NCBI GenBank assembly: GCA_004764695.1
Contig: SMSO01000032.1
Span: 8,712,483-8,776,482, forward strand
Direction of reading: 5' to 3'
Length of the DNA: 64,000 nt
From: Schizochytrium sp. TIO01
Taxonomy: Eukaryota; Protista; Bigyra: Labyrinthulomycetes
Under the pieces are notes generated by a model. It had not been told where the DNA came from, ran no database searches, and worked only from the letters and a program-made list of their open reading frames with translations. Positions 35,694-47,766 of the stretch are shown here, one piece after another (position 1 is the first letter of the stretch; each line of letters starts with the position of its first letter). Both the position numbers and the translations under genes were made by a program.

Positions 35694-36667
35694 TTACAGA
35701 CGGAAGCTAGCGATAGCCGCAGTGACAACAAGCACGATGGATGTCGAGAGGATTGAAGAGCTGGAGCTCGGGCTTCTGGTCGGGGAGAAGGTGGGCGCAT
35801 CCGTCTCTGCAAGAGTGGGCGCATCGGTAGAGTTATCATCCGGTCTGGCGCTAGTGGGAGCAATAGTGGTGGAGCCATCCGGAATAGTAGAGCCAAAGGT
35901 CGGAGCAGGGGTAGAAAGCTCTGTTGGGGAGGAAGTAGGGCTAGCAGTTGACATGGTGGGCGCGCCAGTAGTTGGGGCGGCAGTAGGAGAGTCAGTTGGC
36001 GACTCGGTGGGCACGGTGGGCGCACCAGTAGTTGGGGCGGCAGTAGGAGAGTCAGTTGGCGACTCAGTGGGGGCATCCGTGGCGAGAGCAGTGCTACACT
36101 CTGAAAAAATTGCTAAACGTTCCATCGACCACGAAGTCACTTACATCGAGGTCGAATGTAGAGGCAGCGTCCTCAACGAGATCAGCATTAAATTCGCATC
36201 CAGCTTCGCTGCATTCCTCCTTGCAAACCTCCTCGAAGGACACCACATTGGATGTGACGTCAGGAACAGAGAAAACCACACTAGATGCTTTCGCTAATCC
36301 AAAATAATACAAGCATGTCGCAAATTGAGTCTCATTAAAAATGATGTACTCATTGAGACTTTCGCCTGCAAAAATGAATTCGGTAATGTGATCATATTTA
36401 TTGCACAAAACTCCAATGCTAGCACCTCCCAAATTACAACTGAACTTGCTGCTGTCGGTCTTGCAAGGGTTTTTGCCCACTGCCGAACAAAAACTTTCCT
36501 GGACTGAAGTGTTCCAATTGCTGAAGCCAAAGGCGTCAATACACGCAGAGAAGGCTTTACAAGATTTTTTTTTTGTAACTCGAAAGTCCATCACAGGACC
36601 AGCTTGCGTTGATCAAATTCACAAGGCTAGCCACGGTGGCAACTACAATCAAGGCAGAGAGCTTCAT
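35694..36667 (-). pseudogene. Secreted/surface protein (signal peptide, Cys-rich domain, Thr/Pro-rich stalk, hydrophobic C-terminus) with two +1 homopolymer frameshifts
   Basis: ATG 36667 MKLSALIVVATVASLVNLINA. Removing one base at T10 (36565-36574) and one at A6 (36104-36109) gives one continuous frame ending ...IVLVVTAAIASFRL*. Confidence 0.75.
35955..36070. repeat. Coding tandem duplication (ESPTDSPTAAPTTGAPT x2)
   Basis: Near-identical 60-bp-period units. Confidence 0.85.
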
Positions 36668-39600
36668 ATTTAGAAGTATAAAAGCTGTTGTCACTGAGAA
36701 GATAACCTAGAAGCTAGAGATACAGAAGCGTTGTGGATCGTGAATGAGTTTGATTAAGCTTTGGTTGCTTCGTGAGGTATTTCTCAAGCTTTGAGATGTT
36801 TCGGTTTTGCAGGTTTGCGGGTTTGCTTTGCTAGCTACTCAAATCTGTTGGTTTCCAAGATGTTCTTCGTGTATGTCTCTTTCCAGTGTTGCTTTTCTTC
36901 TCTTTGATACTATGTCCGACATATTTCGTGAGCCATCGACATCTAGAGGTCGGTTCTTTGTCCTCTCGTCTTTGACCAAAAAGAAATATGATGCTCATAT
37001 GTTTTGCGTCTTTAAGATAGAAGAGAAAGCAAGTGCACAGTAGATAGCTATTGGTAGGAATAACGTGGATTTTGAGGTGGCAATTATGTAAGGACATTTC
37101 AAAAGTCCCCCTGTGCACTCTTGTTTTCCAACTCCGGAGTTAAAGAAAAATACTAGTGGAGTTGTGTCCATTCCTTGAGGTTAATGCACTAGGAGGTTAG
37201 TTTGTTACTACATTTTTGAACCAGGCTGGAGAGCCTAGCATATGCCACGAATAAGTGTCAAGCTCTACAGCGTTCTCGTACGAAGGCTGCTTAGGCGGAC
37301 GATTTTCTTTGTCGATCGAATAGCAACACCGCTTCGAAGTCTCATCACAATGAAATTTGGTGCTTTATCCTAATAGTCTGACTTGTGCTCTGTAAGGTTG
37401 TCCTTTTCTCGTCCACCCTGACAAAAGAGGATAAATCGTAAGTTGCATCTTTATACAAATCGAGCTGCCCGTGATACTCTAATCTTGTCTCATTCCCCTG
37501 CGCCCACCAAAGTAGAAGATGAATAATTGGCTCCTGTCATAGTGGAAGATCCATCATCCGGCCTGCGGACGTCCCGTTGTTACTTGTAGCCCATGGATTC
37601 AATGAAGATATCAGCAGAGTATTCACGCAGGTGTACCACATAATTCAAGCTGGAAAGAAAGGAAGCAGAAAAACTTCACGACCTCAGATCTACCGATCGT
37701 GATGTTTTCTACACAAAACTATTTTTTCCTTTTTTTTCTTTTTTTTAATAAATTTCAAGTGATATGTCATGGCCTGCGTTTGCAGTTCCTAGGGGCTAGT
37801 CAAATGCAAGTGTAGCGAGTCCGAAGTACTACACGGCGCTTTTCTGTACAAGAAGGAATCCATCACAGGTGACCGCCGTGGAAGCACAGTGTCAGGGTCG
37901 ATGATTGGCTGATTGACGTTGACAAAGCAGTCTCCGGTTTGAAGTCCTACCTACCAATTGTCTCCTGAAAGACCTCCAATTTCAGTCTATTGAAAGACCC
38001 TCCGAGATTCCAAGCGATGTCCGCAAAGGTTGGCTCAGCGCTTGAAAGATGTAGATGTGGAAGAACGGCACTATCCATCATGGTCTCCAAGTCAACAGCA
38101 GATACTTGAAGCGACAGCGAGCAGCATGAAAGAACGAACAGAAGCAACATGGGATTGGCGAACCTGATTGTGGTTTTTCAATAAGTTGTTTTGCGCTTGC
38201 ACATTCATATCGAACATGTCGCAAATTGCTGCACGTGCTGGTGCTACCCAGGTAGAGGTTGATACTTACTTTTGAGAAATTGGACAAGACGTATGGGCTC
38301 CTTTCATGCTGATCGTCAAAAACTGACCGCGGTTCTGTGTGTCTGGTATGGCGAGTCGAAGTCCCTTTGCGAGTGATTGCAGAGGGCATGTTGGCCATGC
38401 AAGTTGAGTAAAACTATGGCTGATTTGATTGACACCATAACTTTCTTTTACTTTGCCTGTCGCAATAATTTTTAATTAAACCAAACTACTCAAGCCTCAG
38501 GGACGCTTCGACAAATAAACGTGCGTCTCCTTAAGAAAGTCAGCCGTTGATCAAAAAGGTTTTGAGCCCAAAGTGGCTCGTCTGAGACTCGTAGAGTATG
38601 ACCAACTTCACTTTTGTCGCTTATTTTCTCTGGCCAAGTCAAACTATTTCGAAACATGCAGCCACTGGCAGTTTATCTTTTCTTATCTTTTTTTAACCTA
38701 TTTTCCCCCCTTTCTTTTGTTTTGTTCTTTAAACTTCCTTGATTAGAGCTAATAAAGAAAGGGAAAAGGAAATATTGTCTTCGTTCGGGAGGTTATTTTC
38801 ACTCGGAGTATCATCACCCGAACCGGATTGCCATGGCAAAAATAAAGCAGGGAGTGTCCCATGATCTCAAGATTTGTATTTGTGCGCTTGCATACGGAAC
38901 GAAGCCTAACAATTACAATTGTACTTTTTTCGGCGCGCTCGCGTGCCCTGGCCACTTGCTGGATCTTGAGGTCGTTCAGTTTACTTGCAGCCTCCCAAAT
39001 AATGTGACAACTTGTTACTGGATCTTTCATTCATTCTGTAAGCACGTAGAACCTGACTCAGCAGAAGTGAAAGTATGAAATGGGCCTAACTCGAGTCGTA
39101 TCATGGAAGCAGGAAAATGCGAAGCAGCTCGTGGTGGCAATGGTGGCGACGGAAGGTGGTGGGATTTGTGGCTTTGGGGACGATTCACTTGGTTAGTTTG
39201 TCTTTTAAGAATAATCTATCCGCACTGATCGATCTTGCTTGTACTTCTGTGCTATGCCATCAATCAATCATCAAGTCTGGGTTACCCGGAAGTACAACGA
39301 GGTGCTCGGTACGAGAGGATGACAAAATTCACATCGAAGCTCGAGACTCCCACTCCCTGAATATCAGTTGTACCAGAGTCGCGACGCAATTTATCTGACG
39401 AGGTACAATTGTGAAGCCAGCACTATTGTAAATGTTAGCTCTCATGCTTCTTAGAAATCAGTGGTTCCTGAGAATGAAAGACAAGGTGCTCAAAAGTCGG
39501 TATTTCGCATTTTACACAGTTTCGTGGCTGTCTCCTTTTGGGACTTGGGCAACTTTAAAAATCAAAAGCTAGTTTTTTCTTTATCAACAAGAGCGACTCG

Positions 39601-41616
39601 GGCAAAAAGCCTTGCTCCTGAATAGATGGAGAGAAGAAAGGATGGAACGAAGAGTAGAGAAGGATGATAATTAGTACTTAGTGTTGCGGTAACGGAGAAC
39701 TTAAATCTATGGATCGTCATTCTCATCAGCAATATCTGTGCACCTCCAGCTGCAAAAATGGCGACTATAGGTCCTATGTTGCACAAAATTGGAAAAGGGA
39801 AGCGGTAAGGCAAAACGATCAATAGATCTTTGGCTGAAATATTTGATCAACACTAGCTAGAACTTCAAGAGAGGGAGAATGCCAGAAATCTAGACTCTGG
39901 CTATTGAAGGGTAGCAACATAGTTTAGCGTCATGAGGCACTGCACCAAATGCATGCTATGCTAGTGCCGGCTCTGGAGCACTTGCACTTGCTATCATCTT
40001 TGCAATTGTCTTTGACCTCGAAAATTGAAGGATGCCGCTTCCAGGAACTTGCTTGGCCAATCAGGTAGTACAAAAAGTGGCATCATTTATCCACGTTTGG
40101 GCAAGTTAATGCACGATAATATCAGAAGAAATCTCAGGGATTCGACAGCCTCTGCACACCGGTCGCGTTTATAAAAGCTGAGAAGTCTAGATTTTCTCTC
40201 TAGATATCTTAAGATCCTGCTCTGCTGAGCCACAATTGATTCAACTTTTTTTCTTTTTCTTTTTCTGTTTTCTTTCCCTCAGTTTCGGAATGCGGAAGGA
40301 AGTCCTCAATGCCCAACCATCCAGGCCTCTCGAATACAGCTTGGAGTATTACTGTATCAACCTGCGTAGATACGTTCATACAAATGATCTTCATAAAGTA
40401 CAATTGGAAAGCCCATGCAGTGTGCGCTATCTATGTTAATAAATGGATAATATTTAGTTTGTTTGTTTTAACCACTATAAATCTTTAAACATTTACAAAA
40501 CTTTTTCACAATCAAACGACAGAGCTGTTGTAAAAATTAGTCAGCCCTAGGTAGTCTATGGCTGAAGTTTTCGAAATCTCTGTGCACTCAAGCATAGATT
40601 CGAGAATGTGAACTTACTTCGTACCGTTAATAGAATATCTTGTGAGATAACTTTTCCTCTTCTCTTTTTTTCTTTTGTGACATTATAAAGAAAGGTTTTA
40701 CGGGCTACCGGAGGCGGACAGAGCCTACTTCAGCAATACAAGGTTTCCTTAATGAGCATATTCCTTTAACAGTAGGGACAGAACTGGCTACAGCTCTGCA
40801 CATTCGCGCAAATTGCGGAGCAATAAATGAGGAAGTTTTGATGGTATCTTAATCTTAAAGTCAGTATTTAGGTGGGAGTTAGTTCAACATACCACCTGCT
40901 CTTTAAAGTTCTACTTGATGCCTGGTCGTAAAGGTGGGCGCCTGCGCCGTTCAGATGATGTCAAAATCTGCTGAATAGTGGGCACGGACTGTTTGAAGAG
41001 TATGATCTTTCAGAGAAGGATAATAGTCATCCTGTTTACAACTCCATGAAATGTCCCCATCGTCAATATGGACAAAATCGAAACCGCAAACTTCCGTGAC
41101 AACTTGCATTCTAGACTGCAAGAGGTAGCATATGTAAATATAGCTTTTGCTCCTCCTTGAAATACATGTTCTTTGATCGCGAATTCATCAAGCGCTTAAT
41201 TACTTGTATTCAATAAGATTCGATCAAGAAATTAAGAGCATCATCCAAGGTGATGTAACGACGATCCTAAACTCTGCTGTTTTCTCTTGAGAATTTAGCG
41301 GGTGTAGGCTAACTTCTCTAAATATAATTAGACCCTGCGTAGTCACGATCCTCCGCAAATCGTGGTTGAATTTGCAGTTTGTTAAATCCAGCACTATCGC
41401 TCAGCTCAAATTAATGAAGAATTTAAGAGATCTAAAATATTTAAAAAAGGATACTCTTTCGCTTGCATTTTATTTATTTCCTTCGCCTAGCGATTTAGAT
41501 TAATTTACTTACCCATGCCAGCAAATTAGAAAATACCGCCATATCTTCCGTCGAGGTGGTGAAATTTACAAGGCCGTGTCGAATAGAAGCATAAGATCTG
41601 TATGTTGTTTAAGGGT

Positions 41617-42984
41617 TCATACGGGAGCAATATTGGCACGCAGTCGATTCTCGAGAGAAAGTAATTTAACTGCCACGTCATTGTGTCCTCCACGACGAGC
41701 AAGCTCACTTGGGACTAAACCGCCCTGGTCTGGTCCACTACATTGGCACAGCGCACTATCGTCAAGATTTTGTAACATCCAATTTATGACCCCTTCATTC
41801 TTGATATATGCAGCCTTGTGTAGAGGAGAGCGCCCCTCTTTTTGAACATTTGTAAAGTCCAAATGAAGTGCATTTGCAAGCCAATCACAAATTGCAGAGA
41901 CGCGAACCTGATCTTGGCATCTGCTAATTGCAATCCAATGGACAAGGCCACAAGCCCATGAATTTTGTAGGTGTGGGTCAGCGCCCCATGTGACCATTTT
42001 TTGAGCTACCTTGAGGTTTGCCCCAAACACTGCATACATGAGAGGTGTTGAGCCGTCAAAAGTAGGCGCGTTAATATTTACGTGGCAGGTGCGCACGAGA
42101 AAGTCTGCAGATTCAAGCTGCCCATTTCGGCACGCCCAGTGTAAAGCGGCACGTCCGTCGCGTCGACTAGCCAAGGTGGGAGCACATGTGCAAGATTGCT
42201 CGAACGCCACTGCTTGAACCTGTGGATCGTGCAAAGGGCCGTGAAAGGGACATTCATTATGGCGCTTTGCAATACAGAATCGGAGGCAGTCCATTGCCCC
42301 CGCGCCTGCTGCGTACTGCTCAGCAGTAGACCCATGTCGGTCTTTACTTGTAAACACCCAATCTCCGTTCTTTTCCAACTTTTCCAATCCCTTTATATCA
42401 TTGTCTTGTGCCAATTTTACCCAATCAGGTGTTTCGTGGCTCTCCTCGGCTTGATGATGTGTCTTTGGAGACGATTGACCTTCAGTGCCGCCATGATCAC
42501 TTTGCAGGGTTTGCTCGCCTTCATTAGAACGTTTAATTTTTTTTCGCCTGCTCAGGCCGTTTTCAAGCCTTTCTTGTGCTGCTTGATCGAGATTTTTGGT
42601 GAAGGTTACCGCTCTTAAGGAAATCTCCTTCTCAAACTCGTCCCAGTCCTCAACATCTTTCGCCTCGGGGTGATCTGCATGACGCTCGCGAAGATGCATT
42701 CGCATGCTGCGACCTGCCTTGAATCTTTTCTGAGCTCGCTCAGGACATAGAGGACAACGCAGTTTCAAGCTTGGCGTTGCTATAGCTTGTGCTGAGCCAT
42801 CGCCTCCGCCGCTGCCACCACCACTACTTGAAGCACCACAAACCTGATCTGAGGACGCGGCTGGGCTCTCTTTGCGAGGCCGCTTGCGAGAGGTCGCAGG
42901 GCCTAATCCAGCTGAGAAATTCGTATCTGGGACAGTCAAAGAAACGCTTTGAGGCTCCTCGTGAGGGCCCTCGTGTTGCGCCAT
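41617..42984 (-). CDS. C2H2 zinc finger plus ankyrin-repeat protein
   Basis: CPLC...HLRERH; GSTAEQYAA, GRAALHWAC.NG, GSTPLMYA and GRSPLHKAA ankyrin repeats; first ATG at 42984. Confidence 0.88.
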   Translation of the reverse strand: MAQHEGPHEEPQSVSLTVPDTNFSAGLGPATSRKRPRKESPAASSDQVCGASSSGGGSGGGDGSAQAIATPSLKLRCPLCPERAQKRFKAGRSMRMHLRERHADHPEAKDVEDWDEFEKEISLRAVTFTKNLDQAAQERLENGLSRRKKIKRSNEGEQTLQSDHGGTEGQSSPKTHHQAEESHETPDWVKLAQDNDIKGLEKLEKNGDWVFTSKDRHGSTAEQYAAGAGAMDCLRFCIAKRHNECPFHGPLHDPQVQAVAFEQSCTCAPTLASRRDGRAALHWACRNGQLESADFLVRTCHVNINAPTFDGSTPLMYAVFGANLKVAQKMVTWGADPHLQNSWACGLVHWIAISRCQDQVRVSAICDWLANALHLDFTNVQKEGRSPLHKAAYIKNEGVINWMLQNLDDSALCQCSGPDQGGLVPSELARRGGHNDVAVKLLSLENRLRANIAPV

Positions 42985-43725
42985 GACGGACTCCTCAGTT
43001 TTGGAGAACTGCAAGCTATTCTATACTAGTACGTAGTAGTAGAGAACTTCATCTTTCATTGAATGCTCTTGTGCGGGAAGGAGCTCTTGAAAGCACCGAA
43101 GAAGTTAGTTGCGGCAAGCCGCCACTTCGCAAACATTTCGATGCAGTGCAGAACTGGTTTCGCTATAGTATTTGCGTTGAAGAGCAAGCATGAAGAAAGA
43201 ACACTGGATGCAACTATCAGTCGTTCATATTTTGTATTTCTGCTCCCTTGGGAGTCTTAGTAGTAGTTGGTACGTACAACTTCTGGTACGAAATTTGCTG
43301 TCGTTTATGTGCTTCTTGCAAAGGAAACGATGCAAGGTTCATCGGTGAGCTTTGCGAGGTACCCATGGCAGGTTAGGAAGAGCAAAACTAAATTCTATTA
43401 AAGATCAAGGGTGTAAAAGAATGCAGGGACAACAAAGAGAACTTAAGAGCTTTGACTGACCAACTAAAAGACAGACGTACATGATCGGTAGGTAGGTAGA
43501 GCTGCACTGTTTTCACATTTTTATCTTGTTAAAGAAAGAAATAGTAGAGCGAGGAATCGATCAGGAAAAGATATTTCTTATCTTAAATGAGGCAGAGCCT
43601 TAAATCCAAAAACGAAGAACTATCTTGAAATATTTCATTGCCTTGCAGACGAACTTTTCGAAGGCCAACATACGAAGCGTTCCGAGCAGAGAGACGAGTA
43701 TTCCTGCTGACAGTGATCTGAGACA

Positions 43726-44616
43726 ATGCAAGCTGTGGCAAAGCAGCTGGAACATGCAGGACTAGGCCACGCTGACGTAGAGCCCAGGACTGGCGAATTG
43801 GAACTCAACTCTGAGCGCGTTTTTGTAAAATTTGGGACTGGAGGCACCGATGCGGGCGTAGAGATGCTGGAATACGAGCGTCTGGGTCTTGAACATCTTC
43901 GAAGTGCTGCACCTGAGGTTGTGCTTAAAATCCCTCAGGCTTATCTCGCTGGAGAAGTCCCGGGCCGCGGGGGCTTTCTATGCACCGAACATCTTGAGCT
44001 TGGCGGAAGACTTAATGAACTACAACAAAGGGAGCTCGGAAAAGCTCTTGCTATGATGCATGCAGCCACGCCAACAATGCACAATGGGTTCGGGTTTCCT
44101 ATGGATGGGTGTTGCGGTGCACTTGAGCAACCAAACAACAGTGATGGACGTATGCTCAATTGGCTGGAATTCTACGATGAATATCGTCTTGGATTCCAGC
44201 TTGAGCAGGCCAAACAAAGGTACCCAAATGATACAGAATTCCAAGAGCTTGGAGTAAAGCTGCGCAAGACGCTTTCTGATATTTTTGTTGAGATTGTTGT
44301 AGAGGATATTCAGCCATCTATCCTCCACGGCGACCTATGGGCCGGCAATGTCGGGGTTGCTGCACACGATACCCCTTGCATTTTTGATCCCGCAGCGTAC
44401 TATGGACATAGCGAGGCAGATCTTGGCATTGCTTATATGTTTGGTGGCTTCACGTCCTCCTTTTTCGAAGGCTACCACTCGGTTCTGCCTAAGAAGCCTG
44501 GTTTTGAAAAACGTGCGAAGCTATATGAGCTTCATCATCATATGAATCACATGAACATCTTTGGGCAAGGTTATCGAGATGGTTGCATTCAACTCATGCG
44601 TCAATTGGTGCAATGA
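43726..44616 (+). CDS. FN3K: Fructosamine/ketosamine-3-kinase family protein
   Basis: VFVK, LG..LA.MH, FGFP..G..G...QPN, PSILHGDLWAGN, IFDPAAYYGHSEADL, MFGGF, H.N.FG.GY. Confidence 0.93.
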   Translation: MQAVAKQLEHAGLGHADVEPRTGELELNSERVFVKFGTGGTDAGVEMLEYERLGLEHLRSAAPEVVLKIPQAYLAGEVPGRGGFLCTEHLELGGRLNELQQRELGKALAMMHAATPTMHNGFGFPMDGCCGALEQPNNSDGRMLNWLEFYDEYRLGFQLEQAKQRYPNDTEFQELGVKLRKTLSDIFVEIVVEDIQPSILHGDLWAGNVGVAAHDTPCIFDPAAYYGHSEADLGIAYMFGGFTSSFFEGYHSVLPKKPGFEKRAKLYELHHHMNHMNIFGQGYRDGCIQLMRQLVQ

Positions 44617-44788
44617 AGATCCAAAACTGGCGAAGCTAAAGCAGTCGTATGCCTCCTTATACCATTCCACCATGGCTTTCAAGAAACAGCATTGAAGGCG
44701 AAACAAAGTTTACATTACATTATAGATACTTTAGGAAAACCACGCGGGAGGAAACGGAAGACGACAGAGTCCAATATACTCCTCAAGC

Positions 44789-45763
44789 TTATTTCTCTTT
44801 ATGAATAGAGGTTGACTGAAGTGGAGTTAAAGTTGTCTTAGCAACATGGGGCCGCAAATTGGCAACTGTAATAGCGTACTCGTCAAAGCTAATGAGCCCT
44901 TCCTCGAGCTGTACATCGAGTGCATGAATCATTTTATTAATATCTCTGTTTTCCGCTTCTTCAGCAGTTCGTAGTGTTCTTGCTCCAGGTAGGCCATCTT
45001 CTGTTAAATTACTTATACTTGGCCACAACACCTTGCTTTGACGAAGCGCACTACGGCCCAGGGCTTTGGCACTTTCAGAGCGAATCTGTGCCATACAAAC
45101 ATCCATCCGAAGGTTTTGAGTAGTCAAATCATCTTGTGATATTTTCTCAAAATCATTTGCGTCCTCCATAAAAAGCTCTCGTTTACTTGGGCCAGCGTTG
45201 AGTGCCAAAAGCTGCTGTCGAAGGTCTGAGCGCTCTTTAAGATGGCTAGGCTCCTTTGGCGGTGTAGGATGGGCATATCCTTCTTCTTCGTTGTCGTCAT
45301 CGCCATGCGATTGCATACTTAGTATCGAAGCATCTAAATAATTGTATTGGGCTTGCTCATTCTCCTTGTCGTATTTACCGATGTTGACATCTGCGTTTGT
45401 TTTCAGAGTGCCTGCAAGGTAGGGGCCTCTTGATGAACTCCTCGTGTACCTTTCAACGTCACTGTCATCATCTGTTAGTTCATCTTCAACTTCTATATCA
45501 GTGGCGGAAGGTGTATTTGTTGACAATGATGAAGTTGAAGAAGTCGTGCGTAGTGATGCTTCCGTTACTTTTTTGTTATCAATTTTCTTTACATTAGTCC
45601 AGGAAAGCTGATGTTGTGGCCTCATACTATCAGGATGTGCAGTGGTTTTCAGTTGTGGATGTGCATTGCCTTGGCGTGTTTCCTTAGTTGGTGCAAAACA
45701 CATATCAAATACACTGGTATTTCCACCTTGACGCCCAGCACCTCCACAATTTTCGTTGCCCAT
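44789..45763 (-). CDS. Hypothetical protein, possibly N-myristoylated, with SHOCT-like C-terminal motif
   Basis: 324-aa ORF starting MGNENCGG; LDVQLEEGLISFDEY near the C-terminus. Confidence 0.7.
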   Translation of the reverse strand: MGNENCGGAGRQGGNTSVFDMCFAPTKETRQGNAHPQLKTTAHPDSMRPQHQLSWTNVKKIDNKKVTEASLRTTSSTSSLSTNTPSATDIEVEDELTDDDSDVERYTRSSSRGPYLAGTLKTNADVNIGKYDKENEQAQYNYLDASILSMQSHGDDDNEEEGYAHPTPPKEPSHLKERSDLRQQLLALNAGPSKRELFMEDANDFEKISQDDLTTQNLRMDVCMAQIRSESAKALGRSALRQSKVLWPSISNLTEDGLPGARTLRTAEEAENRDINKMIHALDVQLEEGLISFDEYAITVANLRPHVAKTTLTPLQSTSIHKEK

Positions 45764-47073
45764 GGTAGTGCTAAGGAGAGTGTCTAAAGTTTAGAGTATG
45801 TTCAAATTTCCTCCACTACTGGCGCCACTGAGTTGTGATATTTTGAAGCGAAGGCAAAACCCTACGAGCTCTTTCTGATTCTAGTCCAGTGCGACCAGAT
45901 CTATAAAGAGGAAAGGACAAATCCGTACTATGGAATTAAAACGGTAGATATTTATCTCAGACCAGATTTCACAAAACCAAAGAACGCCTAACTCGAATAA
46001 AATGAAACTCCTTCTTGGACCTGGTACTAGTAAGAGGAAGTCCCTCTTCAGCGAGATCCAAATATCGTCTACCTACAAGCCTCGAACTAAAGACCTGATA
46101 TATGGAATCGTTCGTACTTTCACCTACTGAACCAGCAAGTAAGGCAAGCTTTGTGTTCTCAAGGTCCACTTCGCCCACACACGTAGCTTCTGGGAGAAAG
46201 TATTTCGTAAACAAGCATGCAAATGACCTAACGACTTGCCCAAGAGAAATGATGAAAATAAGAACAAACAAAAAACCACCAAAACAAAAGAACGAACTTT
46301 GGGAAAGAGGAAAGTTTCTCCTCGGAGCCCATCAATCGAACCGATCGTCCATACCCAACGAGTCTTCTCGAAGGCGGTAGAACTCTACTCGCCCCGAAAC
46401 TGGGTTGAAACAGGCTCTATCCCAATAGAACCTAATCGGTCTCCAAAACCCCCTCGCAGAAGTTGTCAAAGCCCAACGCAGCCCAAGACCGTGAAATCGA
46501 GGTATAGAAGGGCTCGCAAAGCAGTCCTCGAACAACGTTACCCAAGTTTAACATTGTTCCACTTCTCATATCATCACACGAGTTCATCTCATCATATTTA
46601 TATAACATTAAATTACATAAGCATTGTATGTAATATACTATTTTCGTTATTAATCAATAACAATAAGAAAGGACCTCTTTGTTGTCGGCCGCGTCGCGAG
46701 ACTAATAGACCGCGTCACCGACGAGCGGCTGGAAGGCCAATTCGCATCCCTGGCGCAGCGCTTTCGCTCCGCGCCTTCACCGTTTCTATCGCCGAGCTGT
46801 CGCTCCGCTCGCACCACCACTCCGCACCCATACCTGTTGGTTTCTGCCCTCCCGGTCTTCGCGCGACATTGCCGGAGACTCGAGCGTGAGCTGCGATCGG
46901 GCCGAGTGAGAGCCCTTGGAGCCAACGAGCGAGTTTTTGTCGCTGAGGAGTAGATACGAAAAGAAGGAGAAGCGGATACCGAAGGTCGACCAAACCGCAT
47001 TTGAGACGTCGGGTATCGCGAGGCTTGATCTGTATTGGAGCAGTGGAAGTTGGAAATACATTTGAGGAGCAAA

Positions 47074-47766
47074 ATGGCGGAAGAACCTACGGTTTCTGCT
47101 CAGGAGGTCGATGAGTCGGTGCAGGCTATGCTCGACTCGTTGAAATTGACCAAGAAGAAGAGCAAAAAGAGCAAGAAATCCAAGAAGGATATCCAGGAGT
47201 CCCCGCTTTTGGAGACTGAGGAGGGTGATGAGGCCAAGGCCAGCAAGCGCTCGATCACAGACCCGGGCGACTATGATTACTCATATCAGCATTTGCTCGA
47301 CCGCATGTACGCTGAGCTCCGCGCCAACAACCCGGATCTCGTGAACAAGAAACGTGCTGTTCTCCGGCCACCTGAGGTCATGCGCGTGGGTACCAGTAAG
47401 ATTCTCTTTGCCAACTTTGATGCTATTTGCCAGGGTATGCGCCGTGACCCAGACCACGTCATGCGATTCTTCTTGGCCGAATTGGGTACCACCGGTAGTA
47501 TCGACGGTAGCAAACGTTTCATCATGAAGGGCAAGTTCACCCCCAAGAACATTAGTAGTATTCTCGTCAAGTACATTGGTGAGTACGTTACCTGTTCAAT
47601 GTGCAAACAAGTGGAGACCAAGCTCGTTCGCGACGCCAACTCCCGTATGGCTTTCTTGCAGTGTCAAAGTTGCGGTGCATCCCGTGCCGTCGCACCTATT
47701 CAGAAGGGTTACCACGCCACCGGCCGTGGTGAGCGTCGTGCTGCCCGTTACGCTGGCAACGCTTAA
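47074..47766 (+). CDS. EIF2S2: Translation initiation factor eIF2 beta subunit
   Basis: Poly-Lys box, YSYQHLLDR, FFLAELGTTGSIDG, YIGEYVTCSMCK...CQSCGA zinc ribbon; ATG at 47074. Confidence 0.96.
   Translation: MAEEPTVSAQEVDESVQAMLDSLKLTKKKSKKSKKSKKDIQESPLLETEEGDEAKASKRSITDPGDYDYSYQHLLDRMYAELRANNPDLVNKKRAVLRPPEVMRVGTSKILFANFDAICQGMRRDPDHVMRFFLAELGTTGSIDGSKRFIMKGKFTPKNISSILVKYIGEYVTCSMCKQVETKLVRDANSRMAFLQCQSCGASRAVAPIQKGYHATGRGERRAARYAGNA

Noticed and set aside
35662-36297. 211-aa plus-strand VG-rich ORF
   Set aside because: Antisense of the PT-repeat stalk of the minus-strand surface protein
46236-46889. 217-aa ORF upstream of eIF2-beta
   Set aside because: Non-ATG start; spans an AT-rich patch and the GC-rich promoter/5' UTR; no family features
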